64,000 bases of DNA from Candidatus Latescibacterota bacterium (GTDB lineage: Bacteria; Latescibacterota; UBA2968; UBA8231). Position numbers and translations under genes: made by a program. The notes under the pieces were generated by a model. It made no database searches. It had not been told where the DNA came from and saw only the letters and a program-made list of their open reading frames with translations. The DNA lies in contig CBDETK010000013.1 of assembly GCA_965242865.1 (NCBI GenBank), positions 1,888,001 to 1,952,000 on the forward strand, read 5' to 3'. Shown here piece after piece: positions 24,741 to 33,566 of the stretch (the stretch's first letter is position 1; each line of letters opens with the position of its first letter).

Positions 24741-25286
24741 TCAGCCGACGGTCTCTTGGACCGGCTCGACCTGCAACACATCCAATTCCACTGATGTACC
24801 GCGCCCAAAGATGCTCACCATGATTTTCAATCTGCGCTTCTCCGGCAGCACCTCTTGCACGGTGCCGATAAAATCCTTGAACGCGCCATCGTTGACCTTG
24901 ACTTGATCGTCAACGGCAAAGGGAATCTCTTCGAGCTCTTGGTCTTTGCGGCGGTCGGCGTGCCCCAAGATGCGATCGACTTCCTCCTGCCGAAGCGGTT
25001 GCGGCTTGCGCGCTGGGCCGACGAAATTGGTCACCCCAGGAATGTTGGTTACTTGGTACCAAGCGTCCTTGGACATTTCCATTTCCACCAGCACATAACT
25101 AGGCAAAAAGCGCTTCCTAGTCTTGGTCTTCTTGCCGGCGCGGAGTTCAACCACTTCCTCGGTCGGCACAACGACCTGAGCAATGGCATCGTTGGCAGCC
25201 CCGGACTCCATGAGCGACTCCAAGTAGGTCTTTACTTTATTTTCGTGCCCCGAATACGTATGTAAAGCGTACCAACGCTGTGCCAT
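24741..25286 (-). CDS. nusG: Transcription termination/antitermination factor NusG
   Basis: WYALHTYSGHENKV, C-terminal KOW with VSIFGR. Confidence 0.98.
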   Translation of the reverse strand: MAQRWYALHTYSGHENKVKTYLESLMESGAANDAIAQVVVPTEEVVELRAGKKTKTRKRFLPSYVLVEMEMSKDAWYQVTNIPGVTNFVGPARKPQPLRQEEVDRILGHADRRKDQELEEIPFAVDDQVKVNDGAFKDFIGTVQEVLPEKRRLKIMVSIFGRGTSVELDVLQVEPVQETVG

Positions 25287-25385
25287 GGCTTCAATCCGGT
25301 GTTAGCCCTCGTTTGCCGAGCGTAAACAAGGAAAAGAAGCGGTGCATGCTGTGCGCCGCTTCCCTTAGAAAGGCCCTAGCGAGAA

Positions 25386-25574
25386 TTACTGCCCTAAAAG
25401 CATTCCCCAAACAAAGGAGATGATCAGGTCGAACATGCCGATAAAAACCGCAAAGACCGCCGAAAAGACTAAGACCACTCCAGTGGAACTGACCAAATCT
25501 TCGCGCGTAGGCCAACTCACTTTGGAGAATTCAGCCCTCACATCTTTGACGAAATTAGTAAGTTTATTCCACAT
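25386..25574 (-). CDS. secE: Preprotein translocase subunit SecE
   Basis: EFSKVSWPTREDL plus one TM helix; between tRNA-Trp and nusG; start re-set to 25574. Confidence 0.96.
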   Translation of the reverse strand: MWNKLTNFVKDVRAEFSKVSWPTREDLVSSTGVVLVFSAVFAVFIGMFDLIISFVWGMLLGQ

Positions 25575-25595
25575 CCGTTCCCTAATGCAGAAGCC

Positions 25596-25671
25596 TGGCA
25601 GGGCAGACAGGACTTGAACCTGCAACCGCCGGTTTTGGAGACCGGAGCTCTACCAATTGAGCTACTGCCCT
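25596..25671 (-). tRNA. tRNA-Trp (CCA)
   Basis: 76-nt cloverleaf, anticodon arm CCGGT-CTCCAAA-ACCGG, GTTCAAGT T-loop, encoded CCA end. Confidence 0.97.
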
Positions 25672-25675
25672 ATGC

Positions 25676-25828
25676 CTAGCGGGCTTCCTTGTGGGCCGTG
25701 TGCTTGTGGCAAAAGCGGCAATATTTTTTGTACTCCACGCGGCTTGGCTGGCTTCGTCTATTTTTGGTCGTTGTGTAATTTTGCTGGCTGCATACTTCGC
25801 ACTCCAGCTTTATTTGATCTCTTGGCAT
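25676..25828 (-). CDS. rpmG: 50S ribosomal protein L33 (Zn-binding type)
   Basis: MPRDQIKLECEVC...KKYCRFCHKHTAHKE; start re-set to 25828. Confidence 0.96.
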   Translation of the reverse strand: MPRDQIKLECEVCSQQNYTTTKNRRSQPSRVEYKKYCRFCHKHTAHKEAR

Positions 25829-25864
25829 CGGGATTTGCCGTATTAGATGGAAGCATTGGGAAGG

Positions 25865-25940
<76 letters not shown>

Positions 25941-25958
25941 TGCAATTGTTTGGCGATC

Positions 25959-26035
25959 TGGAGCGGGAAACGGGACTCGAACCCGCGACCCCGAGCTTGG
26001 AAGGCTCGCGCTCTAGCCAACTGAGCTATTCCCGC
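25959..26035 (-). tRNA. tRNA-Gly (TCC)
   Basis: 77-nt cloverleaf, anticodon arm CGAGC-CTTCCAA-GCTCG, CCA end. Confidence 0.97.
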
Positions 26036-26073
26036 TCGAGCCGGATTGATGTCCGCGTTTAATTAAGCGTCTA

Positions 26074-26102
26074 AATATAGGATAGCTTTTTTAAGATGTC
26101 AA
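26074..26102 (-). promoter_or_regulatory. sigma70-type promoter of the tRNA-rpmG-secE-nusG unit
   Basis: TTGACA-N17-TATATT about 40 nt upstream of tRNA-Gly. Confidence 0.8.
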
Positions 26103-26175
26103 GAAGCCTTGGGCGCGGCTTTGAAGTGCGGGCCTTTTCGGGAATCGCCAGTACACTAGAAACTAGCTACCTGCG

Positions 26176-26646
26176 TCAGCGCGTGATTTTGACAATCCTG
26201 TAGTGCAGCTTGCCAACGGGCACTTCAATCTCGATTTCTTCCCCTACTTCGTGCCCGAGCAACCCCTTGCCTATCGGCGAAACCGTGGAGATTTTCCCCG
26301 CTTCAAAATCCGCTTCCTCGGGAGCAACGAGCGTGTACGTAAGCTGTCGCGCCTTTGCCAGGTCCTCTAGCTCCACAGTGGCACCGATATAGACCTTGTC
26401 TTCTGGGATCGCCTCGTTTTCTAGCAGGCGGGCCCGGCTGAGTGTCTCTTCGAGCTTGCCGATGCGCTGCTCTAGGAAGAGCAACCTTTCTTTGGCGGCC
26501 GAGTATTCGGCGTTTTCGGATAGGTCGCCAAATTCCCGCGCTCGCTGCAGCGCTTGGCGCACTGCCGGGCGTTCGGTCTCTTTGAGGCCCTTCAACTCGA
26601 CCTGAAGTTTTTCGTAGCCTTCTCGCGAAAGATATACCTCACTCAT
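26176..26646 (-). CDS. greA: Transcription elongation factor GreA
   Basis: GDLSENAEYSAAKE, ISTVSPIGKGLLG; start re-set to MSEVY. Confidence 0.97.
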   Translation of the reverse strand: MSEVYLSREGYEKLQVELKGLKETERPAVRQALQRAREFGDLSENAEYSAAKERLLFLEQRIGKLEETLSRARLLENEAIPEDKVYIGATVELEDLAKARQLTYTLVAPEEADFEAGKISTVSPIGKGLLGHEVGEEIEIEVPVGKLHYRIVKITR

Positions 26647-26691
26647 TATCAAGCCTTTACCGGAGAAAACAACACGCGCCATGCGCTATTT

Positions 26692-26725
26692 AACACAAAA
26701 GCGGAAGCGCACTACCGCTTCCGCT
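26692..26725 (-). terminator. Intrinsic terminator-like hairpin in the greA leader
   Basis: GCGGAAGCG-GTAGTG-CGCTTCCGC followed by TTTTGTGTT on the minus strand. Confidence 0.65.
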
Positions 26726-26738
26726 ACTCAAGTAAATC

Positions 26739-26767
26739 AATGTACTAAAAACGGCCCCCCGGTGCAA
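26739..26767 (-). promoter_or_regulatory. Candidate greA promoter
   Basis: TTGCAC-N17-TACATT on the minus strand. Confidence 0.55.
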
Positions 26768-26854
26768 GAAGGGACTTGCCCAAGTTCGCCCCCCTCCTTT
26801 TAATAAATTTACAGACCGTATCCCCTTTCCAACCCCAACGCTCTCGCACCTCTC

Positions 26855-28135
26855 ATGGCCTTGACACTCCTGCATTTTGCCGACCTGCATCTGGGCGTCG
26901 AAAACCACGGCAGCCTCGACCCAAGCACCGGCCTACATTCGCGGGTTCAAGACTTTGCTACCAGCCTAGAAGAAGTCTTCGACCTAGCCATTGAAAAGTC
27001 AGTCGATTTGGTTCTCTTCGCCGGCGACATGTACAAAAATTGCGATCCGACCCCCACCCACCAGCGCGTCTTCGCCCACCAGCTCCAGCGTCTGCAAGCG
27101 GCCCGCATCCCCATCGTGCTGGTGGTGGGCAACCACGACGCACCGGGGGCTTTTGGCAAAGCCACTTCGGTTGACATTTTCAGCACCCTACAGCTAGAAA
27201 ACACGCATGTCATCCGCCGCCCAAAACCAAAACTCCTGCGGCTCGACACGGCCCACGGCCCAGTGCAAGTGGCCGGCCTGCCTTGGCCGACGCGCCATGC
27301 CCTGCTCACCCGCGATGAATACCGCGACTGGTCGCTGGAGCAAATCCGCGACGAGATCAAAAGGATCTATTCGGCCCGGATCGACGAATACGCCCGGCAG
27401 CTCGACCCAACATTGCCGGGCATCCTCGTCGCCCACCTCGCCGCTGCGGACGCCGTCTTGTCTGGAGGCGAACGCACCGCCATCATCGGCCAAGACCCCG
27501 CTCTGCTCAAAGGCACCCTTGCCAATCCAGCCTACGACTACGTCGCCTTGGGACACATTCACAAATACCAAGACCTCAACCCCGGCCACCATCCGCCCGT
27601 GGTCTATTCGGGCAGCTTAGAGCGCATTGACTTCGGCGAGGAAGGCGAAGACAAGGGCTTTTGCCTCGTCCGCATTGCAGAGGACGCGACCATGCCGAGG
27701 GGCCGAAAAACCACCGTTGAATTCGTGCCCGTCGCGGCTCGGCGTTTTGTGACCATCGAGCTCAAGGTGCTCAACGGACAAGACGCGACCGAGCGCATCG
27801 TCGCGGCCTGCGCCGAGGCCGATCTAACAGACGCCGTAGTCCGCGTCCTCTACCACCTGCCCGCCGGCTACGCCACCCCGATAGACTTACAACGGGTGCG
27901 GCAAGCACTCAAACCGGCCTTCCACGTCGCCTCCATCCAGCCGCGCTTTGCCCCAGAAAAGACCCAACGCCGTGCAGAAATCAGCCCGGAGGCCGAGCTA
28001 GGCGACGCCCTCGACCGCTACATCAACAACAACCCAGATCTGCGAGAACACCAACACCGGTCCGAGCTCAAAAACCACGCGCTCCGTCTAGAGCGTGCGC
28101 TCGAATCGGGCCAACGCAACGGAGCCGACGCATGA
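26855..28135 (+). CDS. sbcD: SbcD/Mre11-family nuclease subunit
   Basis: ADLHLG, AGD, GNHD, ALGHIH, YSGSLERIDFGE metallophosphoesterase motifs. Confidence 0.95.
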   Translation: MALTLLHFADLHLGVENHGSLDPSTGLHSRVQDFATSLEEVFDLAIEKSVDLVLFAGDMYKNCDPTPTHQRVFAHQLQRLQAARIPIVLVVGNHDAPGAFGKATSVDIFSTLQLENTHVIRRPKPKLLRLDTAHGPVQVAGLPWPTRHALLTRDEYRDWSLEQIRDEIKRIYSARIDEYARQLDPTLPGILVAHLAAADAVLSGGERTAIIGQDPALLKGTLANPAYDYVALGHIHKYQDLNPGHHPPVVYSGSLERIDFGEEGEDKGFCLVRIAEDATMPRGRKTTVEFVPVAARRFVTIELKVLNGQDATERIVAACAEADLTDAVVRVLYHLPAGYATPIDLQRVRQALKPAFHVASIQPRFAPEKTQRRAEISPEAELGDALDRYINNNPDLREHQHRSELKNHALRLERALESGQRNGADA

Positions 28136-31100
28136 CCCCCCTCTCCCTTTCGCTGCGCAACTTTCTCAGCTACGGCGAGGAGGTGCCGCCCTTCGACTTC
28201 ACCCAGTTCCACGTCGCCTGTCTCACCGGCGGCAACGGCCACGGCAAGTCCGCCCTGCTCGACGGGATTACCTACGCCTTATGGGGCCAAGCGCGCAAAA
28301 GCCGCAGCAACGAAGAAGTGTGTCGGATCGGCGCCAAAGAGCTGCGGGTTGCCTTCGACTTCGACCTCGGCGGCAAGCACTTCCGCGTCATCCGCAGTTG
28401 GCGTCGCACCAAGCAGGGCGTCCCAGCCCTAGACCTGCAAGTAGAAAGCGACGGCGTCTTCCGCACCCTCAGCGAAGGCGAGGGCATGAGTCCCACCCAG
28501 CAGCGCATCAACGAACTCCTATCTATGGACTACGACACCTTCGTCAACTCGGCCTTCATCGTCCAAGGACGCGCCGACGAGTTCACCCAGAAAAACGCCA
28601 AGCAACGCAAGGAGGTCCTCGGGCGCATTCTCGGCCTAGAGCGATACGACCAGCTCCAGCGCATGGCTCGGGACCACGCTCAAGAACACCAACGCCAGAC
28701 CGCGACCCTGCAAGCCCGCCTCGGCGAGTTGGAGGAAGAATTGGCCCAGCGCGAAGGCTACGAAGCCGATCGGCGTGCAACCGAACAGGCCCTCGCCCTA
28801 CTCGACCGCGAAATCAGCAGCAGCGAACAGGCGCAAGCCAAGCTGGAGGACCAACGTCTAGAACAGCGGCAGCTCCGCCAGCGCGTCGCCGAGCAGGAGC
28901 GGGCGCAGCAGGTCGCCACCGAGCGGGCGCAGCAGGTCGCCGCCGAGCTCGAAAACCTGCGGCGGCAGCAGCAGCAAGACAGCGCAATCCTAGCGGACGC
29001 CGAAGCCATCGAGCGAGCTTTTGCGACCTATGACCAACTCCGCAGCCAAATCAACCTGCTCGACCAAAAAGCTCAAGCGCACGACGAATTAGAGGCCCGC
29101 CGCGGCCAGCTAGAATCGCGCATCGACCAAGCGCGCCAAGCGTTGGAGCGCCAGCAAGAGCACTGGGCGGCTAGGCTCAGCGAGCGACAGGGGCAGCTCG
29201 CCGATCATCGAGCTTTGCTCAATCGAGAACAAACCATCGCCATCCGCTACGCCCAATTCAAAACCCTCAGCGAGCAGGCCCAAGCCCTAGAGCAGGCCCG
29301 GATTCGCTCCGAGGATCTCCTGCACGAGCGCCGCGGCCTCAAGCACGAACTATCGCTCGCAGAACAGCAGCGCAAAAGCCAACGCCAAGCCCTCGCCCAG
29401 CAACTGGCGCAGAGCAACCGAGCCCTGGCCGAAGCAGAAACCCTAACGGCCCACATCCACCAGTTGCAAGCGCGCCGGACCCAGTTGCAGGCTAAAGCCG
29501 AGGACCGAGACCGCCTCGAGGACAAAGGCCGCGATCTCAATGTCCAGCTCGCCGAGCGGCAGCAGAAGGTCCGCGCCGAAGAGGAAGAACTGACCAACGA
29601 GCGCCAACAGGCTCAGGGCTTGGCCCGGTCCGACGACGCCAATTGCCCGTTGTGCGGCAGCACGCTCGACGCCGAACACCGCCAGCGGGTCGCGGCCGAG
29701 CTGGCGCAGCGGCAAGACCGCCGTCAAAAGCGCATCGCCGCCCTCAACCGCGAGCTGACCGCGCTCGACGCTCAATTGCAAAAGACGCGCACCGAGTACA
29801 AGGCACTCGGCCAAGAAATCGCGCCCCTCCAGCAGGTGCAGCAAAAACTGGCCACCGAAGAGGCTCGGCTCGGGCCGTTGCGGGAATTGGGCGCTGAGGC
29901 CCCGTCGCTAGCGGACCAGCTAGCCGGGCTCGACCGCGCGCTCGAAGAGCAATTATACGCGCCCGACACACGCGAACGCCTGCACAAGCTAGCCGGAGAA
30001 ATCGAGTTGTTGGGGTACAGCAGCACCGAACACGAGGCACTGCGCCAAAAGCTCGCCGAGTTGCGCCCGGTCGAGGCCGAGCACACCCGCTTGCAGGAGG
30101 CCAAAAGCCAAGCCGACCGGCTCCAAAGCGAGCAAGCCGAAGCCCAAAGCCAACTCGAGCGAGCCGAGCACCAGCTCGCCAAAGCCCACTATGCCCGCGA
30201 GGAACGAGAGCAACTCGGCCAAGTCGAGCACCAGCTTGCAGCCCTCGGCTACGACCGCGCCGAGCACCAGCGGTTGCGCCAGCAACAGGATGGCCTGCGC
30301 GACAGCCCGCGCCAAGTCGAGCGCCTGCAAAACGCCCGCGACCGTCACGCTTCAGCCCGAAAATCGCAGGCGCGTTGCGAGGCCGAAGCCGCTGCGCTAG
30401 CGCAACAATTGCAGACCATCAAAGAAGAAACAAAACGGTTACACGAGCGGGCCGGCGAGTTAGACGACATCGATCGGCAGTTGGCGGAAAACCAAGTCCA
30501 ATTGAAAAAGCTGCGGAGCGACAGGGATCAACACCTCCAGCGCCAAGGCCGCCTAGAGGCCCTGTGCCGGCGCTGCGCCGAATTGGCGCAGGAACGGGAC
30601 GCATTGCGCCAAGAGCGGCAAGGGGCCGAGCAACAGGCTTGGATTTACCAACAGCTCGACAAGGCATTCGGCAAAGACGGGATTCAAGCGCTGATCATTG
30701 AAAACGCCGTGCCAGAGATCGCCAAAGAAGCCAACGCCATCCTCGCCCGCCTAACCGACAACCGCATCCAAGTCGCCTTTGAGTCGCTGCGCGACCTCAA
30801 AAAAGGCGGCACCCGCGAAACCCTCGACGTCAAAATTGCCGACGAGATTGGCGAGCGGTCCTATCACCTCTATTCCGGGGGGGAGGCCTTCCGCACCAAC
30901 TTCGCCTTGCGCATCGCGCTCTCCAAGGTGCTGGCCATGCGCTCGGGCACCCGCCTGCACACCCTCTTCATCGACGAAGGCTTCGGCACGCAAGACGAGC
31001 AGGGGCTGGAACAACTCATCGAAGCCATCCAAGAAGTCAGCAAGGATTTCAAAAAGGTGGTGATCGTCACCCACCTCGACCAACTCAAGGCGGCCTTTCC

Positions 31101-31161
31101 GGTGCAAATCGAAGTCACCAAACACCCGGACATCGGCTCGCGTTTTTCTGTACACACTTAG
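28132..31161 (+). CDS. sbcC: SbcC/Rad50-family SMC-like ATPase
   Basis: Walker A GGNGHGKS, coiled coil with CPLCG zinc hook, YSGGE signature, LFIDEG Walker B; ATGA overlap with sbcD. Confidence 0.95.
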   Translation: MTPLSLSLRNFLSYGEEVPPFDFTQFHVACLTGGNGHGKSALLDGITYALWGQARKSRSNEEVCRIGAKELRVAFDFDLGGKHFRVIRSWRRTKQGVPALDLQVESDGVFRTLSEGEGMSPTQQRINELLSMDYDTFVNSAFIVQGRADEFTQKNAKQRKEVLGRILGLERYDQLQRMARDHAQEHQRQTATLQARLGELEEELAQREGYEADRRATEQALALLDREISSSEQAQAKLEDQRLEQRQLRQRVAEQERAQQVATERAQQVAAELENLRRQQQQDSAILADAEAIERAFATYDQLRSQINLLDQKAQAHDELEARRGQLESRIDQARQALERQQEHWAARLSERQGQLADHRALLNREQTIAIRYAQFKTLSEQAQALEQARIRSEDLLHERRGLKHELSLAEQQRKSQRQALAQQLAQSNRALAEAETLTAHIHQLQARRTQLQAKAEDRDRLEDKGRDLNVQLAERQQKVRAEEEELTNERQQAQGLARSDDANCPLCGSTLDAEHRQRVAAELAQRQDRRQKRIAALNRELTALDAQLQKTRTEYKALGQEIAPLQQVQQKLATEEARLGPLRELGAEAPSLADQLAGLDRALEEQLYAPDTRERLHKLAGEIELLGYSSTEHEALRQKLAELRPVEAEHTRLQEAKSQADRLQSEQAEAQSQLERAEHQLAKAHYAREEREQLGQVEHQLAALGYDRAEHQRLRQQQDGLRDSPRQVERLQNARDRHASARKSQARCEAEAAALAQQLQTIKEETKRLHERAGELDDIDRQLAENQVQLKKLRSDRDQHLQRQGRLEALCRRCAELAQERDALRQERQGAEQQAWIYQQLDKAFGKDGIQALIIENAVPEIAKEANAILARLTDNRIQVAFESLRDLKKGGTRETLDVKIADEIGERSYHLYSGGEAFRTNFALRIALSKVLAMRSGTRLHTLFIDEGFGTQDEQGLEQLIEAIQEVSKDFKKVVIVTHLDQLKAAFPVQIEVTKHPDIGSRFSVHT

Positions 31162-31174
31162 CCCCTAGCCCGTT

Positions 31175-32146
31175 ATGGCCCATTGCGACGAATACCGCGC
31201 CGCCCACGCCGGCGCCGCCCTGCACAACGCCCAAGCCTCGTTCCGCCTGTACATGCGCGGGGCCGACCATCTCGATTTCCTGCACCGCATGACCTCCAAC
31301 GACTTCCACACCCTGCAAATTGGGCACGGCCTCGAAGCGGTCTTTATCGAACACCGGGCGCGAATTCTCGACTTTGCCACCTGCTACCGCGGCCCGGACG
31401 CCACGGCCTTGATCCTGAGTCCCGATTCGCGCACGGCAATCCCCGCTTGGTTGGACCGCTTCATCTTTGCCGAGGCCCTCGAATGGGCAGACCGCACCGA
31501 CGAGACGGCCATGTTCGAGCTCATCGGCCCACGCGCCGCCCAGCTCGTCGCCCGCACCTTGGATACAGACCTGACTGCGTTTGAGGATCACCAATTGCTC
31601 GACCCCCAAGTCGCCGACGGCCTGTGGCTGGCGCGCACGGCCGGGCCGGGGCTGCGCGCCTTCGGGTCGCCCGCGGCCGTGGAGGCCCTTTGGCAACGCC
31701 TCGCCGCGGCCGGGGCGCGTCCAATCGGGGCCGCGACGTGGGAAATTTGGCGCGTCGAACAGGGCCTTCCCCGGCTCGGGCGCGAGCTGACCCAAAGTTA
31801 CAATCCCTGGGAAGCCGGGCTTGGGCGCGCTATTCATCTAGATAAGGGCTGCTATATCGGCCAAGAAGTCATCGCCCGCCTCGATACCTACGACAAAGTC
31901 AAGCAGCATCTCGTGGGGCTGCGGCTTTCCCTCGCCACCGCCGAGTTGCCAGCAATCGGGCAACCGCTGCGCGCCGGCGGGCGCGAAGTCGGGCGCATCA
32001 CTTCTGCGGCTCACTCCCCCCGCTTCGGCCCGATTGCCCTCGCTTATGTGCGGCGACGTGCGTGCGCCGAGGGCACTGCGCTCGACGCAGGGGGAGCACA
32101 AGCCACCGTAGTCTCCCTGCCTTTTTTCTCAAATGAATCCCGCTAA
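31175..32146 (+). CDS. ygfZ: YgfZ/GcvT-family folate-binding protein
   Basis: KGCYIGQE signature; GcvT-like N- and C-terminal regions. Confidence 0.88.
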   Translation: MAHCDEYRAAHAGAALHNAQASFRLYMRGADHLDFLHRMTSNDFHTLQIGHGLEAVFIEHRARILDFATCYRGPDATALILSPDSRTAIPAWLDRFIFAEALEWADRTDETAMFELIGPRAAQLVARTLDTDLTAFEDHQLLDPQVADGLWLARTAGPGLRAFGSPAAVEALWQRLAAAGARPIGAATWEIWRVEQGLPRLGRELTQSYNPWEAGLGRAIHLDKGCYIGQEVIARLDTYDKVKQHLVGLRLSLATAELPAIGQPLRAGGREVGRITSAAHSPRFGPIALAYVRRRACAEGTALDAGGAQATVVSLPFFSNESR

Positions 32147-33044
32147 GGCCGGCGGACGCTCCAAGATAGTCCACCTTGGGATCGACCGCGGCCCGCGCCA
32201 CAACACCCGAGTGTGCGCCGAATTCGCCGCGCTCCTGCGCGAATACACCGACTGGATCGAGTGGGGCGACGGCTATGCCATTCTCGACGTCACCGACAAC
32301 AAGCTCGACATCCCCTTTGGCATGCGCGTCGCCAAGATGATCAAGAGCGACATCAAGCGGCAGCTCGGCTGGGGCGTCTCCGTGGGGTTGGCCCCCAGCA
32401 AGTTCTTGGCGCGGCTGGCCATGGAACGCCAGCGGCCCGATGGCCTAACGGTCGTGCGGCCCGAACAAATCGGAGATTTTCTCGCCGATGTGCCCATCGA
32501 CCAGCTCCCCGGCGTGGGCGCGATTACGCGCCAGCAGCTCGCGGCCATGCACATAGAGCGCGTGGGCTCGCTGGCCCGCGCCTCCCTGAACGAACTCGTG
32601 CGTCGCTTTGGCCAGCGCGGCCGCAGCTTTTGGCATCTCGCCCACGGCCAAGACGACGACCCGGTCGCCGCGGCCGAACCGCTCGGCCAAATCTGCGAGG
32701 AAGCCTCCTTTGCCGCCCCGCTATACTCTCGCGAAGAAATGCACAATGCCTTGCGAGAGCTAGCCGCCGCGCTCTGCGGACGCTTGCAGCGCCGGGGGCT
32801 GCAAGTGCGCGCCGTGAACCTAGCGGTGCGCTACCCAGATTTTCGCACCGCCACGCGCACCGCACGGTTGGCCTCCTTTACCGACCGCGCCCCGGTCGTC
32901 TTGGCCGTGGCCGAGGCGTTGCTAGACCGCACTGAGGCCCGCGACTTGGGGGTGCGCTTGTTGGGCCTTGAATTGGGAGGATTTGCCGACGAGGCGCTCG
33001 AACAGCTCGATCTGTTCGCCAGCGAAACGTCGGTTGGGAATTAG
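32133..33044 (+). CDS. DinB/Pol IV-like Y-family protein lacking the fingers domain and catalytic residues, with C-terminal QLDLF clamp motif
   Basis: SVGLAPSKFLARLA, LPGVG HhH, little-finger VRLLGL; motif I reads IVHLGID and motif III reads WGDGYAILDVT. Confidence 0.85.
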   Translation: MNPAKAGGRSKIVHLGIDRGPRHNTRVCAEFAALLREYTDWIEWGDGYAILDVTDNKLDIPFGMRVAKMIKSDIKRQLGWGVSVGLAPSKFLARLAMERQRPDGLTVVRPEQIGDFLADVPIDQLPGVGAITRQQLAAMHIERVGSLARASLNELVRRFGQRGRSFWHLAHGQDDDPVAAAEPLGQICEEASFAAPLYSREEMHNALRELAAALCGRLQRRGLQVRAVNLAVRYPDFRTATRTARLASFTDRAPVVLAVAEALLDRTEARDLGVRLLGLELGGFADEALEQLDLFASETSVGN

Positions 33045-33314
33045 CATGGGACGCCCGGGCCATGCCTAGCGAAACTCGAGAACCTAGCTTCTAAGAAGCG
33101 GTCTGCTCCGCAAACCCTGCTTTGGGCTACATGAATGGCCGTCCAGTGGTCTTAACAGCACCCGTTTTTCATAGGGCGAGATGTCCTTGAGGGTTGCGGC
33201 GTTTCGTCCCTTGCGTCCAACCGATCATTGCCGTAGCAGTAAGCAGGTTGCGGCTTCTGTGTTTAGGCTCTTAATTACGGCCCGACGGCAAATGACCTAA
33301 ATCAGGGGCGGCCC

Positions 33315-33384
33315 CGTTGGGGCAGGCCCCCGTGCCTGCCCGTAAGAATTATAGGCGTTGGGGCAGGCCCCCGTGCCTGCCCGT
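33315..33384 (+). repeat. Tandem pair of REP-like palindromes
   Basis: CGTTGGGGCAGGCCCCCGTGCCTGCCCGT identical at 33315-33343 and 33356-33384. Confidence 0.85.
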
Positions 33385-33518
33385 TACAGCGGCAAATTTG
33401 GCACGATCGGTTGGCAAATGAACGAGACGATGGTTAAGCATTTCACATCAGGCAGGGGCCTTGCTGTGGGGCAAAACCCTGTTGAGTGCTTGGAATCGTC
33501 GTCGATTTTAATGCGTCG

Positions 33519-33566
33519 TAAGTCCTTGAAAAACAACGACTTATCCCCCCATCCCCCGAAAATTCT
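33519..33566 (+). promoter_or_regulatory. Palindrome + poly-C element, copy 1
   Basis: TAAGTCCTTG-AAAAA-CAACGACTTA then TCCCCCCATCCCCCGAAAATTCT. Confidence 0.6.

Noticed and set aside
26770-26855. SOS/LexA box upstream of the sbcDC-dinB-like operon
   Set aside because: No known LexA consensus or convincing palindrome is visible.
26855-31161. SbcC as a Wadjet/Lamassu-type SMC defence system
   Set aside because: Canonical SbcD partner, CxxC zinc hook and a housekeeping location next to greA; no jet/lmu partners.
33238-33298. Possible c-di-GMP-I riboswitch (GGCAAA on the plus strand, GCCTAAAC on the minus strand)
   Set aside because: The motifs are on opposite strands and the GNRA/receptor architecture is not recognisable.
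33315-33384. Possible mini CRISPR array (two identical 29-nt palindromic repeats)
   Set aside because: Only two repeats, a 12-nt spacer and no cas genes; it fits a REP doublet better.
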